From assembly GCF_006345805.1 (NCBI RefSeq), contig NC_043003.1:89590001-89654000 (forward strand): a stretch of DNA of 64,000 nt. The letters are read 5' to 3'. The notes under the pieces are model-generated. The model was not told the DNA's origin and did no database searches. It was given only the letters and a program-made list of their open reading frames with translations. The first letter of the stretch is position 1, and every line of letters starts with the position of its first letter. The DNA comes from Octopus sinensis (Eukaryota). Position numbers and translations under genes: made by a program. Shown in pieces: positions 60,731 through 64,000 of the stretch.

Positions 60731-63700
60731 TTAATCAAACTTATAATGAAGTAAATCAATGCTGGCAAGGAAATAATAGGATATAATTTACTAATTTTAA
60801 TAATTTGCAAGTCAGATTCAATTTACAAAATTAACTATAAACATCTTTCATGCAAAAATATTGTAATCTTTATTTCAGGCAACTCCTAAAAATGAATATA
60901 ATTATAGAAAAAAAAATTTCTTCATAAATATTAAGGCTGACTTCAATCTTAAAAAAAATATACTTTTTTTTAAACAAAATACTAAATTTAGGCCAGTAAT
61001 CCACTTACAATGGAGAGGGGAATTAACTGTAAAAGTGAAAATGAGAATATTTTGGTCTGGTCTGGAGTAATTGTTAAAAATCATAACTGAAGACTATTAA
61101 ATATCTAGTCGTGAAGTGAAGAAAAAGCATTTCAGTAATTAATATGCATAAAATGACTGAATTTTACTAATCAAACATTTAAGTTGTATTTGAGAGAATG
61201 GTGGTGGGACAAATAAATTCAGGATTCTGAGAATAAACACTTGCAACTTGTGTATATATCATAAATAAAATACAATATATTCTCCTAACAACCAATGATG
61301 ACCCATTCTATTAACCAATACATAAGTGCCCATTTTTCTGACTCATATAATATATATATAAGGAAAATAAGACAAGGTAGAAAATACTAAAATAATTTTA
61401 TCATAGAGAATATTTAAGTACTGGTTTCAGTCATTGCGACTTTTTCAACTTAGAGTAAAGTATGAAAAACTTGTGGAAAAATTAAATGAAATGTTCTTTT
61501 ATAAAGATAGTTTTCAAATGCAAGGGACATTTTCCTTTTTTTTTGCCTGTCTGTCTCTCTTTTTATATATAAAACACACATGCAAACTCTCTCTCTCACA
61601 CACATATACACACTTATAATTATTTATTTTTGCAGTGCATGGTAAGGTAATTTTAGCAATTTTGTTCATTGTTAAGGTAATTATTTTATCAGTTGAATGC
61701 CATTTCCAACTGAAAAGGGAGTGACACCTATTTTGTAGTTCTTTAAAGCACAATTAACTTTTAGGGTTAAGAACCTTTATGCTATCTTTTTAAAATCTGG
61801 TAAATATATACATATAGCACTACACTGCAAACTCTATTGTGTATGTGTTTAACTTCTTTTTTATATAAAGAGTATTGTGAAAGTATTTGATTTATATTTT
61901 GACATTTTGCAGTTAGAAATGTATTGGAAATTTATCTTATAAATAACCTAACCTCACATTCCTGATTTGAGATTATTTTTAATGAACTCAATACAATAAT
62001 TGTGGTGATTGTTCACTGACCTTTGTTTTGTTGTACACTTGATCAACTGCTTTAATTTTGAACTTAAGAAACTATAAAACAATTATTAGCAAAATATATA
62101 TTAAAAAAAAAATTTAATGTTCTAACAATTCTCTAAAAAAATAATTTTATTGAACTTTTAGTTCAGTGAGATGTTGGATATGTATTTTACAATTCTACTG
62201 TACCTTAAAATTCATTTTCATCTTTCTCCCTTTTAACATTGTCTTTGTTTCCAATTTTTGAAAACAGAAAACTAAGAGATATTTAAGTGATTTGCAGAAT
62301 AATGTGATCAAGTGAAATATAAGCTGACAACATTACTATTGACAGGATATGAGATACTCTGAAGTTTTAATTTAAAGCGACGACCACAAACGTTTCTTTT
62401 TCTGTCTAAAAATCTGCCCAGTAAACTTATTGATCATGAATAGTCGCCTGGGTTAGAAAGAATAATTATTGAAACAGTCTTGACGAATACTGAATGTGCG
62501 ATGAGCAATGTACATGAGTTTTTAATAAAATACATAAATCGCACCAAACAAATGCCGAAAATTCAATTAAAAGACTTTCGAGAGATATAAGAAAAATACT
62601 TTTGTATAAAGTGTCAACTCAGAGATGACCAAGAATGCGAAATATTGCCGTAGAACGAGCAACTGGTGGAATTATCGCAAGAATTGGGAAGGAAATATTT
62701 CAGAATCAAACACTGGGATTCTAAGGCGATCTAAAATCTACGGTCTAAATTTTCAAGGAACTTTTCTACAATAACAAGATATAATAAATGAGAAAAAAAA
62801 CGGAAAAATTTTACAAAGTATAAACAAAATATTTTTAAACCAACAGAAGTGAATAACGAAGGTGTGTCTTTCCTACCAATCAAGCAACATATTATAAATA
62901 CAATTTTGTATTTTTTGTTTCATTTAAAACTAGTCTGAATAATCAAGAAACTTGGGAAGAAATGAGAAGCCGTGGTGTTCAGAGTTCTCCTTACCAAAAT
63001 ATGTCAAAAAAATTGCCGTCCAGCACCGTCACGATCGTCTACAAACCATATTCTTCTCATGTGACTATCTTTTATAGGATTGTCGATAAGTGCTAGCAGG
63101 AGAAAAACTATAAAGAAAGAAAAAGAAAAGAAAACGGATGCAGGATCTAATCAGTGAAGGGACTATTTATTGAGGTCACAGTAAATTCTACGGAAGTATT
63201 TCGAAATGTAAATATGGATAACTAAATATATTAGTTAGAGACATAAACTGTAAGGTGACAGCTGATAGTTCTTAAAATAAATATCAAACAATCATTTTAT
63301 TTACTTACACAAAGTCAGATTTTAACAGTGTTGTTCATATGAAAATAGATGGTGTATTTACGCATGAATAATAACAGGATGTGTAAGATAGTTCCCTCCA
63401 AGAAATAGTGGTCAACATCTAAAGCCTGACTAGCAGATCTCTTACCACAAAAGGAAGGCTCCCTTTACTTCCCTTCTCGCATCAACAGTAACTGGGGTTT
63501 TAAACAGGGATAAAAATAACGTCAATATCCAGATCGATGAAAATATCAATAAATCACCCCCCCCCCGCAAACTGTAACTCTAATACTAACAATATATATA
63601 TATATATATATATATATTGTTAGTATATAAATATATTTATATATATTGTTGGTATATAAATGTATATATATATATATTGTTGGCATATATATATATATAT

Positions 63701-63801
63701 ATATATTGTTGACTTATGTAAAAAAATAAAAGTTTTTTACGGAAATCTGAGCTACGACATGCGAAACTTCGCCTAATATATATATATAATATATATATGT
63801 A

Positions 63802-64000
63802 GAGGCGCAATGGCCTAGTGGTTAGGGCAGCGGACTCGCGGTCGCAGGATCGCGGTTTCGATTCTCAGACTGGGCGTTGTGTGTGTTTATTGAGCGAAAA
63901 CACCTAAAAAAGCTCTACGAGGCTCCGGCAGGGGGTGGTGATCCCTGCTGTACTCATTCACCACAATGGCGGTGCCCCAGCATGGCCACAGCTCAAGAGC
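63802..64000 (+). mobile_element. tRNA-derived SINE running off the window end
   Basis: GGCGCAATGGCCTAGTGGTTAGGGCAGCGG...GGTTTCGATTC head, with the GGCGGTGCCCCAGCATGGCC tail shared with the major family. Confidence 0.75.

Noticed and set aside
63584-63712. Palindromic and tandem TA-rich units
   Set aside because: Explained by (TA)n slippage with short flanking duplications.
63802-63875. tRNA-like sequence (also 46797-46841)
   Set aside because: No proper cloverleaf, and the 63.8-kb copy continues into a SINE body.

Overview
Repeat-rich animal genomic DNA, most likely an octopus or other coleoid cephalopod. This is inferred from the SINE families, the extensive (TATG)n/(TA)n tracts and a C2H2-only zinc-finger gene, not from a database match. 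Host genes: a GT31 beta-1,3-glycosyltransferase on + (two coding exons, 14153-15353 and 19826-20106, 493 aa), an 8-finger C2H2 gene on - (56040-56750) and a tRNA-Arg(CCT) on - (33435-33507). The rest is mobile DNA: several mariner copies plus a 117-bp MITE, a Tc1 element with long TIRs and an open transposase frame, a decayed hAT element interrupted by a solo LTR, Tx1/L1, RTE, CR1, RLE-type and Penelope-like retroelements, Helitron-like elements and many SINEs. A 100-N scaffold gap lies at 55559-55658. The most notable signal not explained by ORFs is six hammerhead-ribozyme motifs at five loci, all with a palindromic stem III and a GUA cleavage triplet; two loci are fold-back cassettes. Other points of interest: repeated fold-back duplications (including an apparently perfect 402-bp-arm palindrome), an RT-deleted Penelope element, an inverted array of zinc-finger-bearing RTE ends tied to (TATG)n, a possible partial HDV-like ribozyme, and a CpG-decay footprint over the zinc-finger gene. 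All calls are by eye, and boundaries of decayed repeats are approximate.
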